A stretch of DNA of 64,000 nucleotides from an uncultured Staphylococcaceae bacterium (GCA_964497235.1 CAZCCJ010000001.1:67910-131909), one strand, 5' to 3'. Positions 18,582 to 28,465 are shown, counted from the stretch's first letter. Notes: generated by a model not told the origin, from the letters alone. Made by a program: numbers and translations.

Positions 18582-19565
18582 CTATGCAGGGAAATTGGCT
18601 ATAAGCAGCGTGAAGGCGGTTTCCTCGTCGCATTTGCCAGTCATTATGGAAAGAAGGGAATCGTATATCATCTCTTGCCCGTCTTCGATTCTTTGCAAAG
18701 ACGTTTTCCTTAGTGAATACATCGCGGAATTGACTCGCCAAGAGCTTACGCCGAGTTCGCGGGCTATCGAATAGGCGTCATAACGGTTTTTGCTATAAAT
18801 CGCGACTTCGTGCATGAAACGGTATTCCTTCGCCAAAAGGTTTAGCAAGGTGACGGCGCTCATCGATTTCTTTTTTAGATCCTTATAAAGCGACAAGGCC
18901 GACCCTTTGTCCCCTCTCGAAAGGTATTTGGTTAAGAGGAATATGTCGTTTTCCATTGGTGCAGGCACCAATTTTTTAACCATTTCATCGGTGATTGTCG
19001 TCTCCTCATCGGCGTAGGCGATGAGTTTGTTCGCCTCATTTAAAAACGTCGAGAAATCGTTCGATATGCGCGATAAAAGCGTCGTCTTTGCGAGCGGTTC
19101 TATCGTGTATCCCTTTTTCGAGAAGAATTTATCGGCATAGGCTCGCCATTCTTCTTCGCTAAAAGGCTTGATCTCTTTCCAAGAGGCGCCGCCTTCTTTC
19201 AAAGCTTTGTAGAATTCGCTTTTCTCATCTAGTTTGTCGGAATACACCAAAAGAAAGACGGTGATATCCGGATTTGGCGATCGAAAATGCCTCAATAACG
19301 GCTCCATATCGTCGTTTTTTTGGATTTTCGGCTTCGTTTTGCTCTTGGCGAGATAAAAGAAGTTCTCGGCGACCACGACCTTTTTGTCGTATCCGAGAGG
19401 AAGCGATTCCGCTTCGGAATATAGATCGATCAATTTCGTCTCCATCATGTCGAGGGATACGAAGTTCATTTCGTCGCGATTTTGTAATTCGGCGTCCAAA
19501 AGCTTTTTAAGGGAGCTTTTGATCATCTTCGATTGTTCTGAGAAAAGGACTTGGATCATTTCCAT
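18582..19565 (-). CDS. holA: DNA polymerase III subunit delta
   Basis: 327 aa. It lies downstream of comEC and opposite rpsT, as in Bacillus, and its length and helical C-terminal domain are consistent with HolA. Confidence 0.8.
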   Translation of the reverse strand: MEMIQVLFSEQSKMIKSSLKKLLDAELQNRDEMNFVSLDMMETKLIDLYSEAESLPLGYDKKVVVAENFFYLAKSKTKPKIQKNDDMEPLLRHFRSPNPDITVFLLVYSDKLDEKSEFYKALKEGGASWKEIKPFSEEEWRAYADKFFSKKGYTIEPLAKTTLLSRISNDFSTFLNEANKLIAYADEETTITDEMVKKLVPAPMENDIFLLTKYLSRGDKGSALSLYKDLKKKSMSAVTLLNLLAKEYRFMHEVAIYSKNRYDAYSIARELGVSSWRVNSAMYSLRKTSLQRIEDGQEMIYDSLLSIMTGKCDEETAFTLLIANFPA

Positions 19566-19592
19566 GCAATTATAATTCCTAACCGCCTTTTC

Positions 19593-21692
19593 CTAAAAGA
19601 AGGAAAAGCCGTTTTTGCCATATCCCGAATAGGTTATCGTCCCTTCAAGGTCCGTTCTCCTTATCTTTACCCCTTTTTCGCTAAGGCGTTTGATGACCTC
19701 GGCATCCGGATGTCCGTATTTATTGTTCTTTCCGCACGAAACGACCGCTTCCAAAGGGGTGACGGCATCTAAAAAGGCGTCGGAAGTGGATGTTTCCGAT
19801 CCATGGTGCCCGATTTTTAAAATGTCGCATTCGGGCGCCCCTTTCGCGATCATCTCTTTTTCCACTTCGACGTCGGCGTCTCCCATTAGCAAGAAATCTT
19901 TGCCTCCGATTCTGAAAGAAAGAACGATGCTGCCTTGGTTTTTGTCGCTATCGGTGCCTTCTTTATCGTTTAGGCTCGAAAAAACGACGCCTCCGACGTT
20001 GAGTGGGAATGGAGTTTTGTCGGTTATCGTTCTTTTGACGTTGAATTCCCTTCTTAGCGAAGCGGATGCTCCAGAGTGATCGAAGTCGTCGTGCGTCAAT
20101 ATCAGAGCGTCCAATTTGTAAATGCATTTCTTTCTTAGGAAGGGAACCAACACTTCTTTCGCCATATCGAAACGGTTATCGCCTCCCGTGTCCACCAAAA
20201 CGCACGAGGTTCCACTTCTAATCAAAATGCTGTCGCCCTGCCCGACATCGATAAACGTGACTTCGTAGTTAAAATGGTTGGTTAACGGCAAGAAAGAAAG
20301 CAAAAAGACCGTAAGCGAGGCAAAAACTATCCCGTCTTTGACGTATTTGATGCCGTGTTCCGAGAAGAATAAGCAAACAAAAACGATTGCATAATAAAGT
20401 GGGTCCATATAAGGCGCATAGCCATAAATCGGCACCGCGACGTGAATTTCCTCTAACCATAGGAAAAAAGCTCTTAAGAAAGAAGAATACGCATCGATTA
20501 AGGAGACGCATGGCGTTACGAAGTATCCGAAATGTCCTAGCGCGGTAAATGGAATGATTAGAGGTGGAAATAAAATCGAAGTGAAAGGCGAAAGGATGTT
20601 GAATGAGCCCTTTTGAATATATAGAGGAAGCAAGAATAGCGAGACGAATAGCCAACCGATGATTTTCTTTTTGATCCGCTTGCCGCCAAGAGCACGCACC
20701 TTTCCTCCTAACGCAAATAGATAAAACGACAAACCAAACCCCAGCAAAAAACCGCTTTGGAACGTGACGAAAGGATCTAATAGCCATAAAAAAGTTCCGA
20801 TTCCGGCGTTCTTTTCAAGTGTAATCGGCTTCTTTTTCTTTCTTAAGGCGCAAAATGCGTCTATCGCCGTTCCCAAATATATTCTTTTTATGCCGACCTT
20901 ATGGAATCCGAACGGAAAGAAGATCGAAAGGATAAGGAAAACATAAAGGTCGTTCGCCTTTTTCTGACCGCGTAACGAAAAAAGCCATAGCAAAAAGCGT
21001 TTGAGGAGGCCGAAATATATTCCCGATGTCGATAAGACGACGAATAGCCCGATTGAGGAGGCGGCGCTAAGGGTTTCGCTATCGCTTGCGCTTTGTGCGA
21101 AGAGCAAGGAATCTAGCAAGGACGATGTCTCTTTGTCGAAATTATCCAAGAAACGAATTTCTGATTCCCTTAGCCTGAAAGGCCTTAGGAAAAGACTTTT
21201 AGTCATTGACGCCGATATCTCTTTTTCCACGCCTTTATAGAATAAATATTCTTCGAAGTCGAAACGGCCTTCTTGGTGTGAGATCGATAAATCCACGCAA
21301 CGCCCGGAAATCGATAACACGTCGCCCTCTTCGCGCACGCAGCCTTTTTCGTAGACTATGTAGCGCTTCCCGCCCGAAAGGAAGATGAAATAATTCTTCT
21401 TGGCTTCCAAGACGATTCCGTCGAATGAAACGGAATTTTCGTCGTATCTAATGGCGAATCTTGCTATTAGAGCCGCCGTAAGTGAAAGAAGAAGGCAGAT
21501 AAGATAGCTTATTAGGCATCTTTTCCCCTTCTTTGCGAATAGAAACGCCAAACCCAGCGATAGGGAGACGAAAAATGCGATCGTCAGTGCATTTCTTTGC
21601 TGCGCTATCCCTATTCCTAGCAAAAGGCCGACGAACCCATGGAATGGACTGTAGCCTTTGATCAATCGTATAAAGTTATGTAATCTTTGCAC
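19593..21692 (-). CDS. comEC: DNA internalization competence protein ComEC/Rec2
   Basis: 699 aa. A polytopic competence domain is followed by a C-terminal MBL domain (VGQGDS, THDDFDHSG, GHHGSETS). Confidence 0.9.
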   Translation of the reverse strand: MQRLHNFIRLIKGYSPFHGFVGLLLGIGIAQQRNALTIAFFVSLSLGLAFLFAKKGKRCLISYLICLLLSLTAALIARFAIRYDENSVSFDGIVLEAKKNYFIFLSGGKRYIVYEKGCVREEGDVLSISGRCVDLSISHQEGRFDFEEYLFYKGVEKEISASMTKSLFLRPFRLRESEIRFLDNFDKETSSLLDSLLFAQSASDSETLSAASSIGLFVVLSTSGIYFGLLKRFLLWLFSLRGQKKANDLYVFLILSIFFPFGFHKVGIKRIYLGTAIDAFCALRKKKKPITLEKNAGIGTFLWLLDPFVTFQSGFLLGFGLSFYLFALGGKVRALGGKRIKKKIIGWLFVSLFLLPLYIQKGSFNILSPFTSILFPPLIIPFTALGHFGYFVTPCVSLIDAYSSFLRAFFLWLEEIHVAVPIYGYAPYMDPLYYAIVFVCLFFSEHGIKYVKDGIVFASLTVFLLSFLPLTNHFNYEVTFIDVGQGDSILIRSGTSCVLVDTGGDNRFDMAKEVLVPFLRKKCIYKLDALILTHDDFDHSGASASLRREFNVKRTITDKTPFPLNVGGVVFSSLNDKEGTDSDKNQGSIVLSFRIGGKDFLLMGDADVEVEKEMIAKGAPECDILKIGHHGSETSTSDAFLDAVTPLEAVVSCGKNNKYGHPDAEVIKRLSEKGVKIRRTDLEGTITYSGYGKNGFSFF

Positions 21693-22204
21693 TTTTCAAA
21701 CGTCGCCGGCCCTATTCCGCTTACGTTTTGGATTTCTTCGATGCGTTCGAACCGCTGGCTCTGGCGGTATTCGACGATTCCGTCCGCTTGGTTGCTTGTC
21801 AATGCCGTCCCTTCCATAAGCGTCTCTTTCGAATCGGTGTTTAGGCAAACCTTTTCGATTGGCGTCGTCGCGCACACGTTCGTCTGATCGAATAGCGGAG
21901 CAATGTAGAAAGTGAGCTTATTCTCTAGTAAAAACGACGTTTCATATGCTTTTTCATCGGCGTTGGATGTCGCGCCGCCAGCGCTTTCTATCAAGTCCAG
22001 AAGCGTCGCGCCTTCGCTTACTAAATAAGTGCCGGGCCGCTTGATTTCGCCGCTTATCGTCACCTCGATTCTCTCGCCTTCGCTTTCCGAGATGTGGCTC
22101 GTTTCGTAATTCTCCCCCACCTCCCCGCTATAGCCGTCGACAACGGTTAAGGCGACTAAGACCACAATCGTCACCACCACAATGGCTATTATCGCTTTGA
22201 ACAT
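21662..22204 (-). CDS. comEA: Competence DNA receptor ComEA
   Basis: 180 aa, with an N-terminal TM helix, an SLBB-like segment (KRPGTYLVSEGATLLDLIESAGG) and a C-terminal helix-hairpin-helix (IQNVSGIGPATFEK). Confidence 0.85.
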   Translation of the reverse strand: MFKAIIAIVVVTIVVLVALTVVDGYSGEVGENYETSHISESEGERIEVTISGEIKRPGTYLVSEGATLLDLIESAGGATSNADEKAYETSFLLENKLTFYIAPLFDQTNVCATTPIEKVCLNTDSKETLMEGTALTSNQADGIVEYRQSQRFERIEEIQNVSGIGPATFEKCKDYITLYD

Positions 22205-22254
22205 TTCTTTTCCCTCCTCAATCTTATATAGGGGGCGAAAGAGAAAAATGATTC

Positions 22255-22278
22255 AAAAAAAGGCTCAATTTATGAGCC
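22255..22278 (-). terminator. Rho-independent terminator of greA
   Basis: On the minus strand: GGCTCA-TAAAT-TGAGCC followed by TTTTTTT. Confidence 0.75.
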
Positions 22279-22301
22279 CTTAATGTCAGGAAGCGATAAC
22301 G

Positions 22302-22790
22302 TTATTCGAATTTGGCGCTATCGATATGGATTTGATATGGTGTTTGGCTTTCAACGACGACATCGTCGCCTGCGGCCTTTCCGATTAAGGCCTTGCCAAG
22401 CGCGCTTTCGTTGGAAACGAGCGGATATGGATTGGCCATTGGGTCGGCTTCGACGGTACCGACGAGCTTGATGGTCATGCTTTCCTTCGAATCTTTCTCG
22501 GTGAAGGAGACGATGTGGCCCAAACCGATCTTCTTGGCTTTGGCTCCCTTTCCTTCGTCGACGATGCGGGCGATGTCTTTGATGTGCTCGATTTCGGCGA
22601 TTCTCGCTTCGATTTGCGCTTGACGGTTTCTCGCGGCCTCGTAATCGGCGTTTTCGCTAAGGTCGCCTTGCGCACGGGCCGCTTTCAAGGCCTCGATTAT
22701 CTCAGGACGCTCGACTTCCAATAAGTGACGGTATTCTTTTTCTAATTTCTCTAAGCCCTTACGGGTCATTTGCATTTTTTCTTCTGCCAT
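22302..22790 (-). CDS. greA: Transcription elongation factor GreA
   Basis: 162 aa, with a coiled-coil N-domain carrying the DLSENADY acidic tip motif and a Gre C-terminal domain. Confidence 0.95.
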   Translation of the reverse strand: MAEEKMQMTRKGLEKLEKEYRHLLEVERPEIIEALKAARAQGDLSENADYEAARNRQAQIEARIAEIEHIKDIARIVDEGKGAKAKKIGLGHIVSFTEKDSKESMTIKLVGTVEADPMANPYPLVSNESALGKALIGKAAGDDVVVESQTPYQIHIDSAKFE

Positions 22791-22823
22791 TTTTTGATCC
22801 TCTTTCGCTAATTTCGCTTTTAG

Positions 22824-22852
22824 ATTATAGGTATCCGACGCCTTTTTCGCAA
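22824..22852 (-). promoter_or_regulatory. Candidate sigma-A promoter of greA
   Basis: On the minus strand: TTGCGA (22852-22847), a 17-nt spacer, then TATAAT (22829-22824), with a 33-nt leader carrying AGAGGA. Confidence 0.6.
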
Positions 22853-23119
22853 CTACGAGCGTAGTTCGCCGATTTTCGGATCGCTTTCGTAGGCCTCTAA
22901 GACCTCTTCCGCTTCCTTCATTTCTTCGTCGCTCACCATTTCAAGCGTCTTGCCGTCTTTCGAGGACATGACGATCAAGGAGTCTTCATCCTCTTCCTTA
23001 TATAGGAAATAGAAGGTCTTTCCTTTTTCCTCGTTCTCGTAATAGAAATAGAGCTTCCAGCTTTCTTCCGTTCCGTCTTCCTTGGTTATCAAGACGGTGT
23101 TGTCTTGTATGTCTATCAT
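22853..23119 (-). CDS. DUF1292-family small acidic protein
   Basis: 88 aa. The pattern (DGTEESWKLYFYYENEE..KTFYFLY...DEDSLIVM...EMVSDEEMKEAEEVL) is typical of DUF1292, which lies downstream of alaS in Firmicutes. Confidence 0.7.
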   Translation of the reverse strand: MIDIQDNTVLITKEDGTEESWKLYFYYENEEKGKTFYFLYKEEDEDSLIVMSSKDGKTLEMVSDEEMKEAEEVLEAYESDPKIGELRS

Positions 23120-23131
23120 CCTTTTCTCCTA

Positions 23132-25738
23132 TTAGGCTAATTTCGCTTCCAATTCTTGGCGGTATTTTTCGAATCCATCGACGCTTTTTAGCATTCCAGA
23201 GGCCATTTGCGACTTGCCTCCGCCGCCTCCTCCAAGCCTTTCGCTGAGCTCTTTTATGATCTTGGAGGCATCGGCTTTTTCTAGCGCTTTGCCGCCGACC
23301 ATCGCCGTCACCGGGCGAGCGTCGCCCTTTCCTCCGACGAGGAGAATCAGGTAATCCGGGGAAACGCTCTTGAAACGGTCGGCTAGCGAGAGAAGTTCAG
23401 AACGGGAGGCCCCATCCTTTAAGATGGCGACGAAATTGATTCCGCCGATGTTTTTCGCTCCATTAGCGAGCGATTTCATATCGAGGGAGGCGATTTTGTC
23501 TTTTAACGCCGCCACTTCTTTTTTGGCTTCTTTTTCACTATTGACTAGGGAATCTATCTTATTGGCGAAAGACGAATCGTCGCACGAGAAACGCGCTTCG
23601 ACGCTAGAAAGCAATTTCTCCTTGTCTTTCAGGTATGAGAGGGCGCCTAAGCTCGTTTTGCCGACGATTCTTCTGACGCCGGCGCTTATGGCTTCGTCCG
23701 AAACGATGACGAAACAGCCGATCTCGGCGGTGTTTTTGACGTGCGTTCCGCCGCAGAATTCTTTGCTATATTCGCCAAACGTCACCACTCGGACCGTGGC
23801 GCCGTACTTTTCGCTGAACTCCATTTCCGCTCCGAGTTTGCTCGCTTCGGAATACGGCAACACCAAGGTTTTCTCCTCTATTCCTTCGCTTATTTTGGCG
23901 TTCACTTCCTTTTCTATCTCGTTTTTCTCATAGGCGCTCATCTTTTTGTTTGCGTCATAATCGAAACGAAGATAGGAATCGTCGACGTAGCTTCCCTTTT
24001 GATCGACGTGCTTGCCCAAAACATTCGACAAAGCGCTATGAAGCAAATGGGTCGCGCTGTGGTTGCGTTCAATGAGCTTTCTCTTGCTTGAATCGATGCT
24101 TGCGGTCAAAACGTCCCCTACTTTTAAGGAACCGTGCTCGATAACGATATGATGGAGGTGTTGCTTATTTGGCGCGACCATCACGGAGACGACTTTCGCC
24201 GACATCTCATCGTTTTCGAATTTGCCAGCGTCGCTAACTTGTCCGCCCATTTCGGCGTAGAAAGGCGTTTTGTCGAGGATTACGTCCCCTTCTTCGTCGA
24301 GCGTATAGACTTTGACGCCGTCTTTGAAGAGCCCGATCGCCTTCGCTTTAGACGCGTATGCGTCATAAAGGAATTCGCTTACGGCCTTATAATCCATCAG
24401 ATCTTTCGACTGCTTATGGAAACTCTCGATCTCGCCACGTGCGTTTCGAGCGCGTTCGCGCTGCTCTTCCATCATTTTCTCGAAAGTGGCCGTATCTACG
24501 TTAACGCCCTTTTCGGCGGCGATTTCCTTAGTCAAATCGAGAGGGAAACCATAGGTGTCATATAGCTTAAAGGCCTCTTCGCCGCTTAGTTCCTTCTTTC
24601 CTTCGAGCATCTTATATAGAAGTGCTTCTCCGCTTGAGAGGGTTTTGACGAACCTCTTTTCCTCCTCTTCGATTAGAGAAGCTACGAAAGCCTCCTTTTT
24701 GACGAGCTCAGGATAGAAATCGCGGTACTTGGCTACGACCGTCGGCACGAGTTTATACATGAAAGGCTCGTTCAATCCGAGCTTTTGGCCATACCTCATC
24801 GCCCGACGGACGATTCTTCTTAGAACGTAGCCACGGCCTTCGTTAGAGAAATAAGCCCCATCGCTTAGGGCGAAGGTGAGGCAACGGGCGTGATCGGCGA
24901 TGACGCGGAAAGGCAAGAGATTCTCGCCCTCGTATTTTTTGCCGGACATCTTCTCGGCTTCTAAGATTATCGGCCTAAATAGATCCGTTTCGAAGTTCGT
25001 TTCGGTGTTTTGGAGGATGCAGGCGATTCTTTCTAACCCAGCACCCGTGTCGATGTTTTTGCTTGGAAGTTCCTTATAATCCTTCCTATCGACGCCATTT
25101 TCCGCGTTATATTGGGAGAAAACGATTCCCCATAGCTCTATATAGCGGTCGTTTTCGATGTCTTCTTCCAATAATTTCTTGCCGAGGTGATCGGGGTCGT
25201 ATTTATCGCCGCGGTCATAGAACACTTCGGTGTTCGGTCCGCATGGCCCTTCGCCTATTTGCCAATAATTGCCTTCCAAGGCGATCAGATGGCTTTCGTC
25301 TATCCCTTGCTTCTTCCATAGTTCGTATGATGCTTTGTCAGAAGGATTGTATGTGACGTAAAGCTTATTGGGATCTAGTCCGAAACCGTCTTTCTCGCTA
25401 GTTAGTATCTCATAGGCCCAAGGGATCACCTCGTTACGGAAATAATCGCCGATCGAGAAATTGCCGAGCATCTCGAAGAAAGTGTGATGACGCGCGGTAT
25501 GGCCGACGTTTTCGATGTCATTGGTTCTGATCGATTTCTGAATGTTGACGATCCTTCTTGAAGGCGGGATTTCACTGCCGTCGAAGTACTTTTTTAATCC
25601 CGTGACGCCGGCATTGACCCATAAAAGGGATTTGTCTCCTTCGGGAACTAGACTTACGCCGGGCATCCATTTGTGGCCTTTGCCTTCGAAGAATCTGATC
25701 CAAGTGCGGCGGATCTCTTCGCCTGTGAGTTTTTTCAT
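23132..25738 (-). CDS. alaS: Alanine--tRNA ligase
   Basis: 868 aa. It has a class II core (FFEMLGNFSFGDYF-like FFEMLGNFSIGDYF), the editing-domain motifs HSATHLLH and CGGTH, and a C-terminal DHHA1 region (GGGGGKSQMA). Confidence 0.97.
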   Translation of the reverse strand: MKKLTGEEIRRTWIRFFEGKGHKWMPGVSLVPEGDKSLLWVNAGVTGLKKYFDGSEIPPSRRIVNIQKSIRTNDIENVGHTARHHTFFEMLGNFSIGDYFRNEVIPWAYEILTSEKDGFGLDPNKLYVTYNPSDKASYELWKKQGIDESHLIALEGNYWQIGEGPCGPNTEVFYDRGDKYDPDHLGKKLLEEDIENDRYIELWGIVFSQYNAENGVDRKDYKELPSKNIDTGAGLERIACILQNTETNFETDLFRPIILEAEKMSGKKYEGENLLPFRVIADHARCLTFALSDGAYFSNEGRGYVLRRIVRRAMRYGQKLGLNEPFMYKLVPTVVAKYRDFYPELVKKEAFVASLIEEEEKRFVKTLSSGEALLYKMLEGKKELSGEEAFKLYDTYGFPLDLTKEIAAEKGVNVDTATFEKMMEEQRERARNARGEIESFHKQSKDLMDYKAVSEFLYDAYASKAKAIGLFKDGVKVYTLDEEGDVILDKTPFYAEMGGQVSDAGKFENDEMSAKVVSVMVAPNKQHLHHIVIEHGSLKVGDVLTASIDSSKRKLIERNHSATHLLHSALSNVLGKHVDQKGSYVDDSYLRFDYDANKKMSAYEKNEIEKEVNAKISEGIEEKTLVLPYSEASKLGAEMEFSEKYGATVRVVTFGEYSKEFCGGTHVKNTAEIGCFVIVSDEAISAGVRRIVGKTSLGALSYLKDKEKLLSSVEARFSCDDSSFANKIDSLVNSEKEAKKEVAALKDKIASLDMKSLANGAKNIGGINFVAILKDGASRSELLSLADRFKSVSPDYLILLVGGKGDARPVTAMVGGKALEKADASKIIKELSERLGGGGGGKSQMASGMLKSVDGFEKYRQELEAKLA

Positions 25739-25750
25739 ATCTCTCTCCTA

Positions 25751-25955
25751 AAAATAAAACACCTAGCGAAGGAACGCTGGCGCGCGGTACCATCCTTCTT
25801 CACCTTGGTGCTCTCAATTTTCTTCTTAACGCGAAGCGCGGGGAAACTACTCCCGACGGATGGAGGTGGCGTGTCCATAGGCCTTCCCATTATGCGACCC
25901 TCCCTTTGATGGACTTATTCTCCGGTGGTATTCTACCACCATCTTCGCATAGAAC
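25751..25955 (-). promoter_or_regulatory. T-box leader (tRNA-sensing riboswitch) controlling alaS
   Basis: The minus strand shows a long Stem-I closed by GCGAAG...CTTCGC. It also shows the T-box core GGATGGTACCGCGCG (consensus GGGTGGTACCGCG). An overlapping terminator CCAGCG-TTCCTT-CGCT(A)GG is followed by TGTTTTATTTTT, and TAGGAGAGAG lies just before the alaS ATG. Confidence 0.75.
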
Positions 25956-25979
25956 AACTTTTTAACGAACGGATTGCGA

Positions 25980-27326
25980 TTATTCGTCGCTCTCTTCTTC
26001 GTCCCTTATCCAAATATGGGCCATTTCGGTTTCGCTTTTCCAAGCCTCCGGCATCGTGCGGTTATTCGTAAACCAAGACGTTTCCTTGAGGATTTTGTCG
26101 GAAGCTGAGCAAGTCACGGCTTCGTTTCCGTCTTTGTCATATTTGAAGACGACGTTCCCATTTAGCGGCGTGTGGTAGCTCTTATCGGTGAAGCTTCCTT
26201 CGGTCGTGACGTAAAAACGGTCGGTGTAGACGGATATCCTGTCGATCGTGGCTTGGCCAGGGAAAGTCGTCTCTTTGCTCGTTTGGTTGAATTCGCAATT
26301 GCCGGCCACGCAAGAGGCGACGACCGCTTTCGGCTTTATCACCGATAGGAGTTTGTCGGTGTTGGCGGTCATAGAGCCATGGTGTCCGGCCTTGAAAAGC
26401 TCGACTTGGCCGAGTTCCGGATTTGATTCCGCTATCGATCGTTCGGCGTATGTCTCGGAATCGCCGGTGAAGAGGAATTGCTTTTCGCCTTGTTTGAATA
26501 ATAACGCCAAAGAGCAATCGTTTTGGTCGCTGAAACCGGATACGGCGTAGCTATTATCGAGGCTTTTGGTCTCGCTTCGCGTATGGTCGTAATAGAATTG
26601 GTAGAGCAACGTTACGGAAAGGTTTTTTCCTAGCGACACCGTCCAATTGTTCCCCTTTTGAGTGAGCTCTTTAGCGATATGATGCACGGAACCGCTTTCG
26701 ACGAGCTTTTCTCTTGCCACCAGATAATCCTGATAAATCTCCGTGCTTTTATTCGTTTCGTCTTCGCTTAAAGTGTGTGCATAGCTATTATCCACCGTCA
26801 CTTTGCTACTCATGAAATACGAGAAATCAATGATGTTATCGACTTTATAGGTGTATAAAAGGCCGTCCCTCGAACCGTTTGAGAGCGATTTTCCGACCAG
26901 TCCGGAAAGGTGATCCTCGTGAGCGTGCGTCACGAAGACGTATTCGAACTTGCCATCGGTCACATAATCGTCGATGTATTTTTTCGCCGTCGCGGCCACG
27001 GCTTTTTTGGCGCCGCCATCGATTAGAATATCGTTATCGCCGGCCTTAACGTAAATCACGTCGCCGCTATTCTGAAGATCTTCTTCGATGAAATGGAAGG
27101 AAATCTCGTCAGATTCGGTCGGTCCTAATGAGGTATCGCTTGAACTTGTCGAAGAGGATTGGCTTTCCGATGTAGATGAATCGTTCGTTTTGTCTTTTGA
27201 CGCGAAAATGAGCGCCACGCATAAGGAAACGGCCAAAATGAGCGCCCCCGATATCGATATGACGACGGTTTTCTTGCCTTTTTTCCTTCTTGCGACTTTG
27301 CTTTTCGCCTTTTTCTTCTTCGCCAT
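25980..27326 (-). CDS. Membrane-anchored, extracytoplasmic ComEC-type metallo-beta-lactamase-fold hydrolase
   Basis: 448 aa. A poly-Lys N-terminus and one TM helix are followed by an S/T-rich linker, then the MBL motifs THAHEDHLSG, GDSE and KAGHHGSMTAN. The last resembles IGHHGSETSTS in the ComEC C-domain of this same window. It has a 1-nt stop/start overlap with mnmA. Confidence 0.75.
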   Translation of the reverse strand: MAKKKKAKSKVARRKKGKKTVVISISGALILAVSLCVALIFASKDKTNDSSTSESQSSSTSSSDTSLGPTESDEISFHFIEEDLQNSGDVIYVKAGDNDILIDGGAKKAVAATAKKYIDDYVTDGKFEYVFVTHAHEDHLSGLVGKSLSNGSRDGLLYTYKVDNIIDFSYFMSSKVTVDNSYAHTLSEDETNKSTEIYQDYLVAREKLVESGSVHHIAKELTQKGNNWTVSLGKNLSVTLLYQFYYDHTRSETKSLDNSYAVSGFSDQNDCSLALLFKQGEKQFLFTGDSETYAERSIAESNPELGQVELFKAGHHGSMTANTDKLLSVIKPKAVVASCVAGNCEFNQTSKETTFPGQATIDRISVYTDRFYVTTEGSFTDKSYHTPLNGNVVFKYDKDGNEAVTCSASDKILKETSWFTNNRTMPEAWKSETEMAHIWIRDEEESDE

Positions 27327-28465
27327 CAGATGTCCACTCTTTCTTCGTTTTTATATACTTCGCCGATTATCGCCCCGCCCCAAAGCACGCCGTTTACATC
27401 GTAAAATACTGCCCATTGCCCTGGCGTGACCGCTTTGACGGGAGGATCGTAGGTGAGATAGCAACCATCTTGAGCGAAATGGATGGTCGCGGGGTTATCG
27501 GGTTGGCGATAACGGAATTTGACCATGATGTCTTTGGAGGCGATCCCTTCTTCCCCAAGCCAATTTAGCGACGACAGGAGGCACTTGTCGCTAAGCAAAT
27601 GCTTGTCCTCGTCTCCGTTTGCGACGTATAAGACGTTTTTCTTCGGATCCTTCTTGCAAACGAACCAGGCGCCGTCTTTTTCTCCCTTGACGCCCCCTAT
27701 CCCGAGTCCATGGCGTTGCCCAAGGGTGTAATAAAGAACGCCGCTATGCTTGCCTATCACACGGCCGGAGTTCACGTCTATTATTTCCCCTTCGTGCGCT
27801 GGGAAATAGTTCATCAAGAATTCGCGGAAGCGTCTTTCGCCGATGAAGCAAACGCCGGTTGAACCGTGTTTGTCGCACACTTCTTCCAGCCCTAGTTTTT
27901 TGGCCAATTCGCGAGCTTCTTTCTTTGTGATGCCGGCCATCGGGAAAAGAGAAGCTTCGATTTGCTCTTCGCTTAAAGCGCAAAGGAAATAAGTTTGATC
28001 TTTGGACAAATCGCTTGGTTTCGAAAGATAAGATCTTCCGCCGATTTCGATCTTTTTGGCGTAGTGCCCCATGGCGATATAGTCATAGCCGTTTTCCTTC
28101 GCGTATTTCAAAAACGGCCCGAACTTGATCTCGCGGTTGCATAAAACATCCGGATTCGGCGTTCTCCCTTCCTTATATTCATCGAGGAAATAGCTGAAGA
28201 CGTTGTCCCAATATTCCTTTATATAGTCGATTCTTATGAGCTTTATCCCGAGTTTCTCCGCCACTTTCTTGGCGTCTTGGTAGTCTTTTTCCTGCGGGCA
28301 TTGGTCGTTATTTACGGTCGGATTGCCGAGATAATCGTTATTTAGTTGGGCGTCCCAATTGCGCATGAAGCAGCCGGTGACGTCGTAGCCGTCCTTCAAA
28401 AGGAGATAAGCCGCGATTGCGCTATCGACGCCGCCAGATAAGCCAAGAAGCACCTTCTTTTTCAT
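27326..28465 (-). CDS. mnmA: tRNA 2-thiouridine(34) synthase MnmA
   Basis: Contains the PP-loop SGGVDSAIAAYLL and conserved catalytic Cys residues. The length, 379 aa, is typical. Confidence 0.95.
   Translation of the reverse strand: MKKKVLLGLSGGVDSAIAAYLLLKDGYDVTGCFMRNWDAQLNNDYLGNPTVNNDQCPQEKDYQDAKKVAEKLGIKLIRIDYIKEYWDNVFSYFLDEYKEGRTPNPDVLCNREIKFGPFLKYAKENGYDYIAMGHYAKKIEIGGRSYLSKPSDLSKDQTYFLCALSEEQIEASLFPMAGITKKEARELAKKLGLEEVCDKHGSTGVCFIGERRFREFLMNYFPAHEGEIIDVNSGRVIGKHSGVLYYTLGQRHGLGIGGVKGEKDGAWFVCKKDPKKNVLYVANGDEDKHLLSDKCLLSSLNWLGEEGIASKDIMVKFRYRQPDNPATIHFAQDGCYLTYDPPVKAVTPGQWAVFYDVNGVLWGGAIIGEVYKNEERVDI

Noticed and set aside
20269-20787. A 172-aa minus-strand ORF inside comEC.
   Set aside because: It is an out-of-frame overlap within the polytopic ComEC competence domain, with no independent start signals.
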